From NCBI GenBank assembly GCA_964016885.1, contig OZ024757.1, positions 12,648,001 to 12,712,000 on the forward strand: a stretch of 64,000 nt of DNA, read 5' to 3'. Position 1 is the first letter of the stretch. The number at the start of each line of letters is the position of its first letter. The notes beneath the pieces were generated by a model. It saw nothing but the letters and a program-made list of their open reading frames with translations, was not told where the DNA came from and made no database searches. This document shows positions 25,339 through 37,824 of this stretch, in pieces. Source of the DNA: Eledone cirrhosa (lineage: Eukaryota). The position numbers and the translations under genes are program-made.

Positions 25339-25776
25339 ACTGTTTTACTAAGAAATTATTCTCCTTATATTTTATTTGTAGAAGTTGTAACCAAGACTTG
25401 TGCTGTCAAATCTGTATTGTTCAGAATTTACATATGTTATATATATGTGTGAATGTATGTGTGTAGAAACTTGTGTCCATGTATATGTTTCTATCTGTGT
25501 TTGTATATAAGTATGAGCATATCTGTATTTGATTTATTTATTATGTATGTGTGTACATGTACGTCATCTTCATCAACATCATCACTGTTTTTATGTTCGT
25601 TTTTCCATGCTTCCATGCTTCTCAACATGGCATCTTTCAACTTGTCGTGTTCCTTTGTCATGTCCTCTGTGAGAGTCATTCACTTGAAGTCTATTCACAC
25701 AGCCTCTGTCCAGGTCTTGGTCTACCTCTACTATGGCTTCCTTTTACTGAGATGTCCTGGCACTTCTTCACCCAGC

Positions 25777-26104
25777 TTCATTTTACGTCCGCTATTTCCC
25801 TGCTTGCAAGGGTGGGACGGGAACTGATTCTGGCTTGATTTCTACAGCTGGATGCCCTTCCTAACACCAACCTCATTTACAGTGAGTGCTGGGTGCTTTT
25901 TTTGCCATGGCACCTCCACGACCAATTTGCAGTGGAATGATAGGGACCCCAGTCCCTCTCATCTCATTTCTACAGCTGAGAAAACTGGAGCAATGTGAAA
26001 TAAAGTGTCTTGCTCAAGGAAACAACACATCACCTGGTCTGAGAATTGAACTCACAACCTTTCGATTGCAAGGTCAATGCTCTAACCACTAAGCCATGTG
26101 CCTC
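25777..26104 (-). mobile_element. SINE family 1
   Basis: Aligns to 4142-4492. Confidence 0.9.
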
Positions 26105-26131
26105 CATAATATATATATATTATATATATAT

Positions 26132-26358
26132 CAACCCACACTATAAAGTGAACATGTAGGCACCACGGAAGGAAAGTACCCAGCACACACTGTAAATGAG
26201 GTTGGTGTTAGGAAGGGCATCCAGCTGTAGAAATCAAGCCAGAATCAGTTCCCGTATGAGCAAGACAAGGTCAGCCAACTGGACACTGCCCACATCAGGA
26301 CAACCCGTCTAACCCATGCTAGCATAGAAGAACGGACGTAAAACAGTGATGATGATGG
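26132..26358 (+). mobile_element. 3' portion of a related RTE-tailed SINE or LINE UTR
   Basis: GTTGGTGTTAGGAAGGGCATCCAGC ... AACCCATGCTAGCAT ... GGACGTAAAA (GAT)n; copies at ~36551, ~47180, ~57203. Confidence 0.75.
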
Positions 26359-26415
26359 TATATATATATTATATACATATATTATTATATATATATCATA
26401 TATTATATATATATA

Positions 26416-27059
26416 CAGATTCCGGACGATATTTGTTCGCAAGATTACTGTCTAGGAAAAATTAACACAGTAGTTTTATTTTTTAAGATTTATTTATCAA
26501 ACTTGGCTCAGTTTGTTTTCATGACTTGTTCTTTCAATCTCACTCCATAACCTTGCCATTGGCTTTGATGACGACCTCGAAACCGGCTACAGGCCTTCGT
26601 CACTGTCCCCTGACTTAGGCCCCTAAAGGCACTTGTAATTCTGGGCTTCAGATCATCTTTTGTATTGCAGCTGGATCTGTTAGTGTCTCGTTCCACTGCG
26701 CCCCACACAAAGAAGTCAAGGGGGTTGCAGTCAGCCTAGCTGGGAGGCCAGATATCAGGGGAAGTGTGGTCGATGAAGTTCTCTGACAGCCATGCTTGGA
26801 TCTTTCGGCTGGTATGGCAGGGCGCTGAATCTTGCTGCCACACGTACGACCTACCTACAGCTACCTGGTCGATCCAGGGCTTTACTACCTCGCTCAGAAC
26901 GCGGATGTAGCCATCTGTGTTCAGCTTGAGACCCTCAGGGAAGCAGTGAGAGGGTATTACGTCACCTTGACTGCTGACGACACCTAAGACCAATGTTGTC
27001 GCTGGAAACTTTGTCTGCATGACTCTGGGCACGTCTTTGGATGAGACAGCGAGCCACCT
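26416..27059 (-). mobile_element. Tc1/mariner DD37D (maT-type) transposon remnant, truncated
   Basis: WQQDSAPCH...WPPS*ADCNPLDFFVWG gives 37 residues between the last two Asp; one TIR (CAGATTCCGGACGATATTTGTTCGCAA) next to TA. Confidence 0.88.
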
Positions 27060-27592
27060 TTATCTTAACCGCGGCATAATTGCAAGTCTTTTGTGACAGT
27101 TTTCAAGAATATCGGACGTTCCTGTAAAAAGTTTTCCCATGTGTAACTTTGCCTTGTTTTTTTGCGCAAATTCGAGCCCCGCTTCAGTTTTATTGATTTT
27201 TTACATCAATGCGTGATCTCTGAAGTAGATTTGAATATGAAAAGATAAACTATTTAATGGTCGGTCGTTTACTGAGACAGCTGGGAAGACATGCAGCTGG
27301 CCATCCAATCAATAACGCACGTCCTTATATGGGCATATGAAATTTATTTTTATTGCGCCAGATGTAAACTAAGAGTTCTTGTGTTCGAATTCACATAAAA
27401 TTTCATTGGAATCGAAAAACATTGTCATAGGGTCCGATTATCCGATTATTCAAGTAGCCTATTCCACTCTACGCGTTGAGTTTTATATATGTGTTAGGTT
27501 TCAGGAAAATTGGATGAACGGTGTAGCATGCAAGTTCGGAACACCAAACAATGCCCATCTTCACTTTATTTATATATATATATATATATAGA
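27060..27592 (-). mobile_element. Probable non-autonomous Helitron-like element, 5' part
   Basis: Minus strand starts A/TCTATATATA...AATAAAGTGAAG. The block TATATGTGTTAGGTTTCAGGAAAATTGGATGAACGGT resembles the block in 35926-36119. Confidence 0.45.
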
Positions 27593-27722
27593 TGACTCTA
27601 TAACTCTAGAAGAATCTTTGAAGGAACCTAATGTGATGAGATCCTACTACAAAAACTATAACTTTCATCACCCAATCTTGTTGAGTTCTAACAATGTTAT
27701 CTTGAATACTAGTATATATATA

Positions 27723-29192
27723 TATCATCATCATTTTACGTCTGTTTTTCCCTGCTTGCAAGGGTGGTACGGATCCTATTCAGCACAGCATCTCTCCACT
27801 TGTCATCTCCTCGGTGATTTTCAGCGATCTGAGGTCTTCTCTCACCACCTCCGCCCATGTTTTACGTGGTCTACCTCTTCTGCGTCTTCCTACTACTGGC
27901 ATTATTTGGCACTTCTTTACCCAGTGGTCACATGTCCATACCATCTCAGTCTTCTCTCCTGCACACCACAACCTATCCCACTTATACCCAGTTTCTTTCT
28001 CAACTCGTTTATGCTTGGTCGTTCACACACATTGACATTGCACATCCAACGGAGCATGCTTGCTTCTCTCCAGCCGTCATATCTTTTGCAGTTGCTGCCT
28101 ATGTCTTACTACCATGTCGCATCGCACATTTCACACAGGCATCATATAACCGTCCTTTCGTATGCAGGGAGAAACCCTTCTTTGTCAACAGAGAAAGCAG
28201 CTGCCTTAACTTCTTCCAACCTGTCCTTATTCTGGATACTATGGCCTCGCCCCCCCCCCCCCCCCCACACCAATGATAATCTGATCACCTAGGTACCCGA
28301 AGCTATCAATCACATCTCTAGAACCCACCTGTATTTGAAAAATGTGTTTATCACTGCGATTACTACTGCCAACTTTCCCTGTACATCTACTGCATACATA
28401 GTTATCCCTACCTGTTGGTTTGCCTGCTATTCCACTACAGTTCTTGTGTACCCAACATCTGCATTGCGTACATTTTATGGAATTTATGCCAGTTCCTTTC
28501 CCATATATCGAACATGGCCATTTCCCTGATGGAATCACAGTTTTGTCCTCTTTTCTACTCATCAACACTTTTGTTTAAGCTATGTTCACTCTCAAGCCTC
28601 TTGATTCCAACTGCTGTTTCCATAGCCAGAATTTATTCTCTAGCTCCTCTACTGATTCTGCTATAAGAACCAGATCATCAGTATAGAGAAGTTCCCATGG
28701 GCATCCAGTCTTAAACTCCTCTATTATGGCTTGGAGGCTTATAACGAACAAGAGTGGGCTGAGGACCGAACCTTGATGTACACCTACTTGTATCTGGAAT
28801 TCCTCACTAAACTCCATTCCTACCCTCACTTTACTGACAGCACCCCTGTATTTAGCTTGCACTGTCCTCACAAGCCATTCCTCTACACCTAGTTTCCTTA
28901 GGGACCACCAGATGACAGATCAGGGTACCATAACAAAAGCTAAGTATAGAGACTTATTCTTCTCTAAGAACCTCTCTTGTAATTGCCTCACTAAGAAGAG
29001 GGCTTCTGTTGTACTTTTCCGAGGCACAAAACCAAACTGCATCTCATCTTACTTGACCCTTTCTCTAATCAGCTGCACTAATATTCTCTCTGCCACTTTC
29101 ATAACCTGATCCATCAGCTTTATGCCCCTATAATTGCTCCTCTCTAGAGCATCCCCTTTACCTTTGTAGCAATTTATGAGAATACTGCTGTA
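27723..29192 (-). mobile_element. RTE LINE family 2, 5'-truncated
   Basis: YRGIKL, QFGF, GVHQGSVLSP, YTDD, PHD (CTQC..WVHKNC..CSRC), GRPRKTW, (GAT)n tail. Confidence 0.93.
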
Positions 29193-29246
29193 CCTACATT
29201 ATATGCTTTCATTATACCATTCTACTTAGATTATATATATTGCTTG

Positions 29247-29715
29247 TCATCATCATCATCATCGTTTAACGTCTACCTTCCACGCTGGCATGGGTCTAGA
29301 CGGAAATTGTCCCACTTGAGGCAAGATTGGTCGGGTGACTGTATCTCACTTGTATAGGACTAGATGGCAGGTCTTCTATGGTTGGATATCCTTCCTAACA
29401 CCAACCACATTTACAGTGTTGACTGGGAGGTTTTTGCCATCTTACCTACACGGCCACATTACAGCGTGGACTGTGTGTTTTTTTTGTCGTGACACCTACA
29501 CGACCTCATTTATTTAGGACTGGATGTTGTGGTACCAACATAACTTTACAGAGAAAGGGGGGTGTTGATGGGGTGGGGGTAGGGGTAGTGGGATGGGGTT
29601 GTATATTTGGTTAAGAGGTGCCTACTGATTGTAGGTTTCGCTTTGTACATAGGCAAGGTGGGTCTTCTGTATTACTGAGTAGCGCCAAAGATCTCAGTCC
29701 AGTTACATTGTCTTA
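29247..29715 (-). mobile_element. RTE LINE family 1, 3' UTR fragment
   Basis: Reverse complement of the family 1 ORF end and UTR; copies at ~42394-42832 and ~52294-52732. Confidence 0.9.
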
Positions 29716-29742
29716 ATATATATATATATACATATACACAAT

Positions 29743-29807
<65 letters not shown>

Positions 29808-30452
29808 TAAACTGTTCGTATACACACATTATTCAACCTGCCCTTTGTTTTGAATAAAAAGCCTTTAGTAAGTTGCCATGGTAGTAGCATCCTGAACCTT
29901 TTCTATTCCATGTTTACTCAGGCTGCTCTACTTTCAGAACAACCCCCTCCACTGATGATATCATCACCCAGGTAGCAGAAGCTGTCTACCTCTTCTATGT
30001 GACCCTCCAACAGTTTGTTAGAGCTTGTTTCCTGTGAAGGTGTGTGGCTGAGTGGTTAGAGAATTGGATTCGCAATCATAAGGTTGTGAGTTCGATTCAC
30101 CGACTTTCCTTGAGCAAGACATTTTATTTCACATTGCACCTTCTACCTGGAGTTGTGACTGAAAGATAGTATTAGCAATTGGAAAGTCCAATGGAAACAT
30201 TGTTTCCTCGGTCCGATTTGACGAAAGTCACTCGTTGCTTCCTGTGAATGTGTGCTGCTTACTGCTCCTGTGCAATGGCCACATGTAAAACCTATATTCT
30301 TAGCTAACCCACCTGAGATCCCACTACATCTCTTGTGTACCCATTGTTTGTATTTTTAGACAGAGAATAGAATTTCTACCTACACCTTTCTGGCACACCG
30401 AGCAAGGCCATTTATCTGATGGGATCAGGGCCCTGTTTCCCCTTCTACTGAT
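29808..30452 (-). mobile_element. Degraded RTE fragment (PHD to thumb region) interrupted by a SINE
   Basis: Minus strand encodes KWPCSVCQKGVGRNSIL, QWVHKRCSGI, DSFCYLGD. Confidence 0.8.
30039..30234 (+). mobile_element. SINE family 2 (tRNA head, same central domain, different tail)
   Basis: TGGCTGAGTGG A box, GAGTTCGATTC B box, CCTTGAGCAAGAC core; 14-bp TSD TTG(T/C)TTCCTGTGAA at 30025-30038 and 30235-30248. Confidence 0.85.
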
Positions 30453-31205
30453 ACTTGGCTGGCTAACCCAGACATAGTCCTAAACAAATGAAACACTGGT
30501 GGAGTCATAGGGGTACATACAGTATTTCTCGGTCATATTTTAAAACCTGATGGAGCCCATCACCTCTCTCATCTGAACACAATTGAGATCTGAATAAAAC
30601 TTCAAGTAAAATCAGATATTGTATGGATTCATATAGACTCGTATCTCCTGGTGTAAACACAGCCGATTTCTCCCAGAGAGAGATAGAAAAGAAGTAAGAA
30701 AAAGATATAGAGGAACAATTGACTCCTACTAATAAAAAGATGGAAGTTAAACTGGTGTTAACATGTCACCAGGAGAGGAGATAATAGCTATGTTAGAAAG
30801 TCCTATCAGAATGAATTTTTCACTAAACTGCCATAGAGCAGACTTCTCTAGAGATAGAAGGGTGACATTTATAGAGCGTGCTGGAATACCACTGTTTGCA
30901 TTGGAGAGAATTACTCTGGACAGGAAAGTTGATATCTACAGTTTACCAATACAGAAATATAAAGTTTCCACTGTTAAATCTATCTCTGCTTCTTAAGTAT
31001 TCTGTATTATCTCGTATTGTTTCTCTCTTATTTCAGAATACCAGATGACATTGGGATAAATTATTATTTTCAATCTCGGATACATCACCTCTATTTATCA
31101 TCATTTGAAGACTATTAACAGAAATCACAGTTGAGGGAAATATAGAAGATATATTTTTTAGGAATATAATCTAAAAAATATTACAATTAAAACATTTGTA
31201 GATAA

Positions 31206-33621
31206 ATGTTTGGAGATAAAATTATTATGGAAAATAAATTGAGTGAAAAGGTTAAATGCGAAACACACTCGAAAATGTTTAGTATTCCTGGTGAGATGAC
31301 AAAGGTTGGAGAAGAGAAGCCATATCACTGCAATATCTGTGGTAAATCATTCAATATACGTAGTACCTTAACTACTCACAAAGTTATACATACAGGAGTC
31401 AAACCATATCACTGTAATATCTGTGCTAAATCATTCTCTGGGAAAAGTAGCCTAACTAGTCACAACCATTTACATACAGGTGAGAAGCCATATCACTGTG
31501 AGATCTGTGGTAAATCATTCTCTCAAAGTAGTAACTTAACGGGACACATACGTACCCATACAGGAGACAAGCCATATCACTGTGATATCTGTGGTAAATC
31601 TTTCTCTGATAGTGGTACCTTAACTAGCCACAAACGTATACATACAGGAGACAAGCCATCTATCTATCTAAGGCGGGTAAAATTCCCGAGATCCATGGAC
31701 GAGTTCTCTCCAGCGGTCTCTGTCCCTCATTATCGCTGCCATGTCCTGCATCTCCAACAGACCAGTGTCTGTCCTTAGGGCATCAACATACGTTAACCTT
31801 GGTCTTCCTCTTCTAGTGTGTCCATCTAGGGGCTCCCAAAGGAGTACTGAGTGCAATGTCAACTCTGGATGTCGGTGAGCTTGTCCAGCTAACCTCAGTC
31901 TCCTCTGTGTCACTTTTGAGCTGACTTTTGGGATGCTCCCATACAGCTATGAGTTTTCAGCCTCAGTGTATACTGATTAATGTTCAGAGCCATCCTCAGC
32001 ATTCTCGTGTAGCACCCATCCACCATCTGAGTGAGTTTCTTGGTCAGTGTCCAAGTCTCAGACCCATACAGCAGCACAGACTCCACTACAGCAATGAAGA
32101 GGCGGATTTTCAGGTCTCTACGAAGGTCCGACTTCCACACCGATCTCAAGCTGTGGCACGCCGCCCAGGCCTTGCTCTTCCTCTCAACCACATCATCTTC
32201 CGTATTCCCAATCTTTGCTCCCAAATACAGGAAGTCCTCAACCAATTCCAGCGGCTTCCCGCCTACATTAGTGATCCCCTCTGGCCTCTCAACATTCTCT
32301 ACCAGATATTTTGTTTTAGTCTCATTCATTCTTAGCCCCACACTCATTGACACAGTCTCAACCTCCCGCATCAAATTCTATGCCTCCTTCACTGTATTTG
32401 TCACCAAAACTATGTCGTCGGCAAACTCAGCATCCGATACCTTTTTCGCTCTAACTCTCCTGCTCTGAGCCGGCCAGAGTCCTGGTGTTTCTCCAGTGCA
32501 AGGCGCATACAATAGTCCACTACGATGATAAAAAGGTAGGGAGCCAATGTATCTCCCTGGAGCACTCCAGCCAGTATCTCAAAGAACTCTGTCATCCCAT
32601 CAGGTGTAATGACTTGGGCTTTGGTGTTGGTGTAGAGCAGTGATATCAGGTCCACTATCTTCTTGGGGATTCCATAAGCCTGTAAGATCTTCATCAGGCA
32701 GTAACGGTCCACAGAATCAAAGGCCTTCCTAAAGTCAATGAAAACCATGACCGCAGGAAGGCACTTTGCTCTAGCTCCCTCTAATATCCTCCTCAGCATC
32801 AGGATGTGACTGGTGGTTGATCTACCCTCTCTGAAGCCGTTCTGGTTGTCCCTGAGCTTCTTCTCCATCTTAGGCTGGATCCTGTTAAGAATCATCCTGT
32901 TGAGGGTCTTTGCCACAAGTGACGTCAGTGAGATCCCCCGGTAGTTGTTGGTGTCAGAGAGATCTCCCTTCTTTGGCACTGGGACAATGTTACTGATCCT
33001 CCACTGATTCAGGGCAACTCCTTTCTCCAGTGCCCCGTTACAGAACCCCAGGATGATATCATCAAAATCACACCTTTTCATCACCTCTGATGCCACTCCA
33101 TCTTCTCCATGAGCCTTGCCCTCCTTGATCCTCTTCTTGGCTCTCTGAAGCTCCTCTCTGGTGAAGGGCTCTGTCTCAACATCCAGTTCCTCAAACAGCC
33201 ATACCACTGTGATATCTGTGGCAAATCATTCTCATTAAGTAGTTCCTTAACTAACCACAAATGTACCCATGCAGGAGACAAGCCATATCACTGTGATATC
33301 TGTGGTAAATCATTCTCTGATAGTAGTAACTTAACGAGACACATACGTACCCATACAGGAGACAAGGCATACCACTGTGATATCTGTGGTAAATCATTCT
33401 CTGAAAGTAATGCCTTAACTAGCCACAAAAGTATACATACAGGAGACAAGCCAAATCACTCTATCTGTGGTAAATCTTTCTCTGATAGTGGTACCTTAAC
33501 TAGCCACAAACGTATACATACAGGAGACAAGCCATATCACTGTGATATCTGTGGTAAATCATTCTCTGAGGAAAGTAGCCTAACTACTCACAAACACATA
33601 CATGCAGAGGAGAAATCTTAA
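31206..33621 (+). pseudogene. C2H2 zinc-finger gene (9 finger repeats, one degenerate) disrupted by a LINE after finger 4
   Basis: Fingers 1-4 at ~31320-31645 and 5-9 at ~33200-33605; removing the insert plus one AGCCAT restores KPYHCD in frame. Confidence 0.9.
31660..33196 (-). mobile_element. LINE family 3 (RTE-related, no PHD), 5'-truncated
   Basis: NYRGISL, QNGFR, DFRKAFDSV, GVLQGDTLAPYLF, EFADD, FLYLG, RRGRP over three frames; TSD AGCCAT (31654-31659, 33197-33202); (ATAG)n tail. Confidence 0.93.
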
Positions 33622-34730
33622 TGCATTGACATCAGTGATAAATCCTCTCAAAATTGTGAATTAATGAGAATACAAATATATATCAGTGTAATATCTATGG
33701 TAAATCATTCTCTTTCAATGCTACATTAACTTCACACAAACATATACAGGTGGGAAGCCATATCACTTTGATATGTTTGGAAAATATATCTTTTAATGGA
33801 GCAATTTAACTAAATATATGCATAGATGAGGGAAAACATATCATCATCATCATCATCATCATCATTTTACGTCCGCTTTTCCCTGCTTGCAAGGGTGGAA
33901 TGGGTCCTATTCAGCAAAGCATCTCTCCACTTGTCGCGGTCCTTCGTCATCTCCACCGTGAGCTTCAAACGTCTGCTCTCGCCACCTCCACCCATGTAAA
34001 TCATTTTCTAATTTTGGTTTCACTAAACACTAACATACAGGAGAGGAACTATATCACTGTGATGTCTGTGGTAAATCATTCTCTAAATGTTGTCTTCCCT
34101 ACACACTAACATATACAGGAAAGGAACTAAATCACTGTGGCGTCTTGATAAATAATTCTCTCGTAAAGGTTACTTGATGCAACACAAACACAATCAGACA
34201 AGATATAAACCATGTCACTCACCTAAAATAGTGCCACCAATGTTGTTAATATCTTGAATAAAACTGTTTTACTAAGAAATTCTTCTCCTTTCATTTGTAG
34301 AAGTTGTAACCAAGACTTGTGCTGACAAAACTGTATTGTTCAGAATTGACATACGCTATATATATGTGAATGTATGTGTATAGAAATTTGTGTCCATGTA
34401 TATGTTTGTATCTGTGTTTATATATAAGTATGTGCATATCTGTATTTGATCTATTTATTATGTATGTGTGTATATGTACGTCATCTTCATTAACATCATC
34501 ACTGTTTTTATGTTTGTTTTTCCATGCTTCCTTGGGTTGGACATGTCCTTCTCAACATGGCATCTTTCAACTTGTCGTGTTCCTTTGTCATCTCCTCTGT
34601 GAGAGTCAGTCATTTGAAGTCAGTTCACACAGCCTCTGTCCAGGTCTTTCTTGGTCTACCTCTACTATGGCTTCCTTCTACTGGGATGTCCTGGCACTTC
34701 TTCACCCAGCTGACATTATCCATGTGTATC

Positions 34731-35052
34731 ACATGGCTTAGTGGTTAGAGCATTGGCCTTGCAATCGAAAGGTTGTGAGTTCAATTCTCAGACCAGGTGA
34801 TGTGTTGTTTCCTTGAGCAAGTTACTTTATTTCACATTGCTCCAGTTTACTCAGCTGTAGAAATGAGATGATAGGACTGGGGTCCATATCATTCCACTGC
34901 AAAAGTGGTCGTGGAGGTGCCACAGCAAAAAAGCACCCAGCACTCACTGTAAATGAGGTTGGTGTTAGGAAGGGCATCCAGCTGTAGAAATCAAGCCAGA
35001 ATCAGTTCCCGTCCCACCCTTGCTAGCAGGGAAATAGCGGACGTAAAATGAA

Positions 35053-35114
<62 letters not shown>
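34731..35114 (+). mobile_element. SINE family 1, paralog-specific insertion
   Basis: A/B boxes, long (GAT)n tail, TSD ATCACATG (34728-34735, 35113-35120); empty site at ~45606 and ~55509. Confidence 0.92.
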
Positions 35115-35435
35115 CACATGTAGTCTTCACCAATGCAGTCTTCTCTCTTACACATCTCTTAAGATCCCTCTTAAACCCAGCTTCTCCTTCAACTTGTTCA
35201 AGCTCTGCCTTTCTCTCTCACTTAAATGGCATATCCAATGAAGCATGGTTGCTTCATTTCTCTCCAGTCTACACTTTTTTTCTGCTGTCACAACCCTTGT
35301 TTCACTACCATGCAGCATCATATTTTATTGGCAGGTGTTATAAAGTCATCGTCTACTGCTATTTAAGTCACAGAAGCTATCAACCACTTCTATGTGTGTA
35401 TAATTACTTGTGTATCTTTATGTGTTTGTATATAT

Positions 35436-35623
35436 ATATGTGTATACATCTGCATAGATTTGCAGTATATGATACAGCTGGGAGAACATTTCATATTATC
35501 TGGATCCTTCTAGCAGATCCAGCGAGTGACACATATATATATATATATTATATATGTGTATAATATGAAATGTTCTCCCGGCTGTATCATATACTGCAAA
35601 TCTATGCAGATGTATACACATAT
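35436..35623. repeat. 64-bp inverted repeat with a 60-bp spacer
   Basis: 35436-35499 is the reverse complement of 35560-35623 with one mismatch seen. Confidence 0.9.
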
Positions 35624-35640
35624 GTATACACATATGCTGT

Positions 35641-35690
<50 letters not shown>

Positions 35691-35696
35691 TATATC

Positions 35697-35907
35697 GTCA
35701 GTCGATCAACTTTCATCAAATTGGACCGAAGCAACAATGTTTCCATTGGTCTTTCCAATTGCTAATACTATCTATTGGTCACAACTCCAGGTAGAAGGAG
35801 CAACGTGAAATAAAGTGTCTTGCTCAAGGACATAACACATCACCCGGTCCGAAAATTGAACTCACAACCTTTCAATTACAAGCCCAATGCTCTAACCACA
35901 AAGCCAT
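35697..35907 (-). mobile_element. SINE family 2
   Basis: Reverse complement of the 30039-30234 family; paralogous copies at ~46067-46268 and ~55970-56171. Confidence 0.8.
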
Positions 35908-35925
35908 ATATAGTATATATATATT

Positions 35926-36119
35926 ACTAGCAGAATGGCCCGGAGATCGCTAAATCACCTAATGCGGTCCCTAGGGCATTGAAAATTTGAAATTTTTTTA
36001 ATCAAAACATTCACAGGACCATAAGTATTATATGTGTAAAGTTTAAAAACAATCGGTTGGGTGGTTCTTGAGTTTTAGAGGAGTCAGAGAGACAGACATT
36101 CTCTGTTTTAGATATATAG
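35926..36119 (-). mobile_element. Short non-autonomous Helitron-like element
   Basis: Minus strand 5' (T)CTATATATCTAAAACAGAGAATGTCTGTC ... 3' CCGGGCCATTCTGCTAG/T; TC...CTRR ends, no TSD; copies at ~46287-46481 and ~56190-56384. Confidence 0.65.
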
Positions 36120-36770
36120 TTATATATATTATATTATATATATATGTTATATATATATATTATATTATAATATTAAGGATACTATTTATGGTTATGTATA
36201 TAATAAAGCCTTTTATAGTTATATATATTTTAAACCTTAAATAGTGAAAGACAGTAATTCATTACTATCTTATTACCAGTAAGATAAATAGCTCAATGTA
36301 ACAACATCAGTTGTTTTACAGAGCAGTTATATAGAAATTACATGAATCAAAGTTCAGTTTAAATCATTAACTTTAATTTTGTCCTTTAATATGACTGTAT
36401 TCTTTGTATGTAAATTGCCATGCTATATTATTATGATGGATGATTCATGTAATTTCTATATATTATATTATATATATATATATGTTATATATATTATATG
36501 ATATATATATATTATATATGTTATATATATTATATATAATATATATATATCAACCCACACTATAAAGTGGACATGTAGGCACCACGGAAGAAAAGTACCC
36601 AGCACTCACTGTAAATGGGGTTGGTGTTAGGAAGGGCATCCAGCTGTAGAAATCAAGCCAGAATCAGTTCCCGTATGAGCAAGACAAGGTCAGCCAACCG
36701 GACACTGCCCACAACAGGACAACCCGTCTAACCCATGCTAGCATAGAAGAATGGATGTAAAACAGTGATG

Positions 36771-36846
<76 letters not shown>

Positions 36847-36896
36847 CATATATTATTATATATATATAATATATATATATTATATATGTATATATA

Positions 36897-37794
36897 GAGG
36901 GTGCGTACGATATTTGTTCGCAAGATTACTGTCTCGGAAAAAGTAACACAGTAGTTTTGTTTTTTCAGATATATTTATCAAACTTGGGAAAGTTTGTCTT
37001 CATGACTTGTTCTTTCAATCTCACTCGGTAGACCCGCCATTGGCTTTGATGACGGTCTCAAGGCGGCCTCGAAACCGGCTACAGGCCTTCGTCACTGTCC
37101 CCCGACTTAGGCCCCTAAAGGCACTTGTGATCCTGGCCTTCAGATCGTCTTTCGTATTGCAGCTAGATCTATTGGTGTCTCGTTCCACAGCGCCCGACAC
37201 AAAGAAATGGAGAGGATTGAAGTCAGGCTAGCTGGGAGGCCAGATGTCGGGAGGTGAGGTCGACAAAGTTCTCTGACAGCCAAGCTTGGATCTTTCGGCT
37301 GGTATTGCAGGGCACTGAGTCTTACTGAGTCTTACTGCCACACATACGTCCTACCTACAGCTACCTGGTCGATCCAGGCTTTTACTACCTCGCTCAGAAC
37401 GTGAATATAGCCATGGGTGTTCAGCTTGAGGCCCTCAGGGAAGCAGTCAGGTGGCATTACGTCAACTTGACTGCGGACGACACCTAAGACCAATGTTGTC
37501 GCTGGAAACTTTATCTGCATGACTCTGGGCACGTCTTTGGATGAGACAGCGAGCCACATGTTGTTCTGGGAGTTGATCTTCTGGTCTTATTTGTCTTCCC
37601 GGCGCTGATTCCAAGAAGAACTCTGTGTCTCTTCCACAAATTTGGAGGTTCAAAATTATTCATGATCAATTATTCTGAAAATAAATAATGGAAATATAGT
37701 CACTGTTTTTATGAGGACAAGAGTGACAACGGAAGTAAAAAAATTTGCATAAAATTAGCAGTTGAAAATTGCGACCAAATATCGTGCACACCTG
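36897..37794 (-). mobile_element. Internally deleted DD37D maT-type transposon with both TIRs
   Basis: TIRs GAGGGTGCGTACGATATTTGTTCGCAA / TTGCGACCAAATATCGTGCACACCTG; transposase C-terminal remnants. Confidence 0.85.
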
Positions 37795-37824
37795 CATATA
37801 TATATATATCATATATACATATAT

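Noticed and set aside
27510-28292. 260-aa plus-strand ORF and similar ORFs (39-41 kb, 45229-45852, 55132-55755)
   Set aside because: Antisense or chance frames across RTE remnants and low-complexity DNA; recurrence reflects recent duplication, not conservation.
30455-31000. Upstream coding exon or effector domain for the ZNF genes
   Set aside because: Stops in all frames and no ORF shared among paralogs; at most a faint resemblance to a decayed LINE endonuclease, too weak to call.
35053-35241. Poly-Met ORF
   Set aside because: It is the (GAT)n tail of a SINE.
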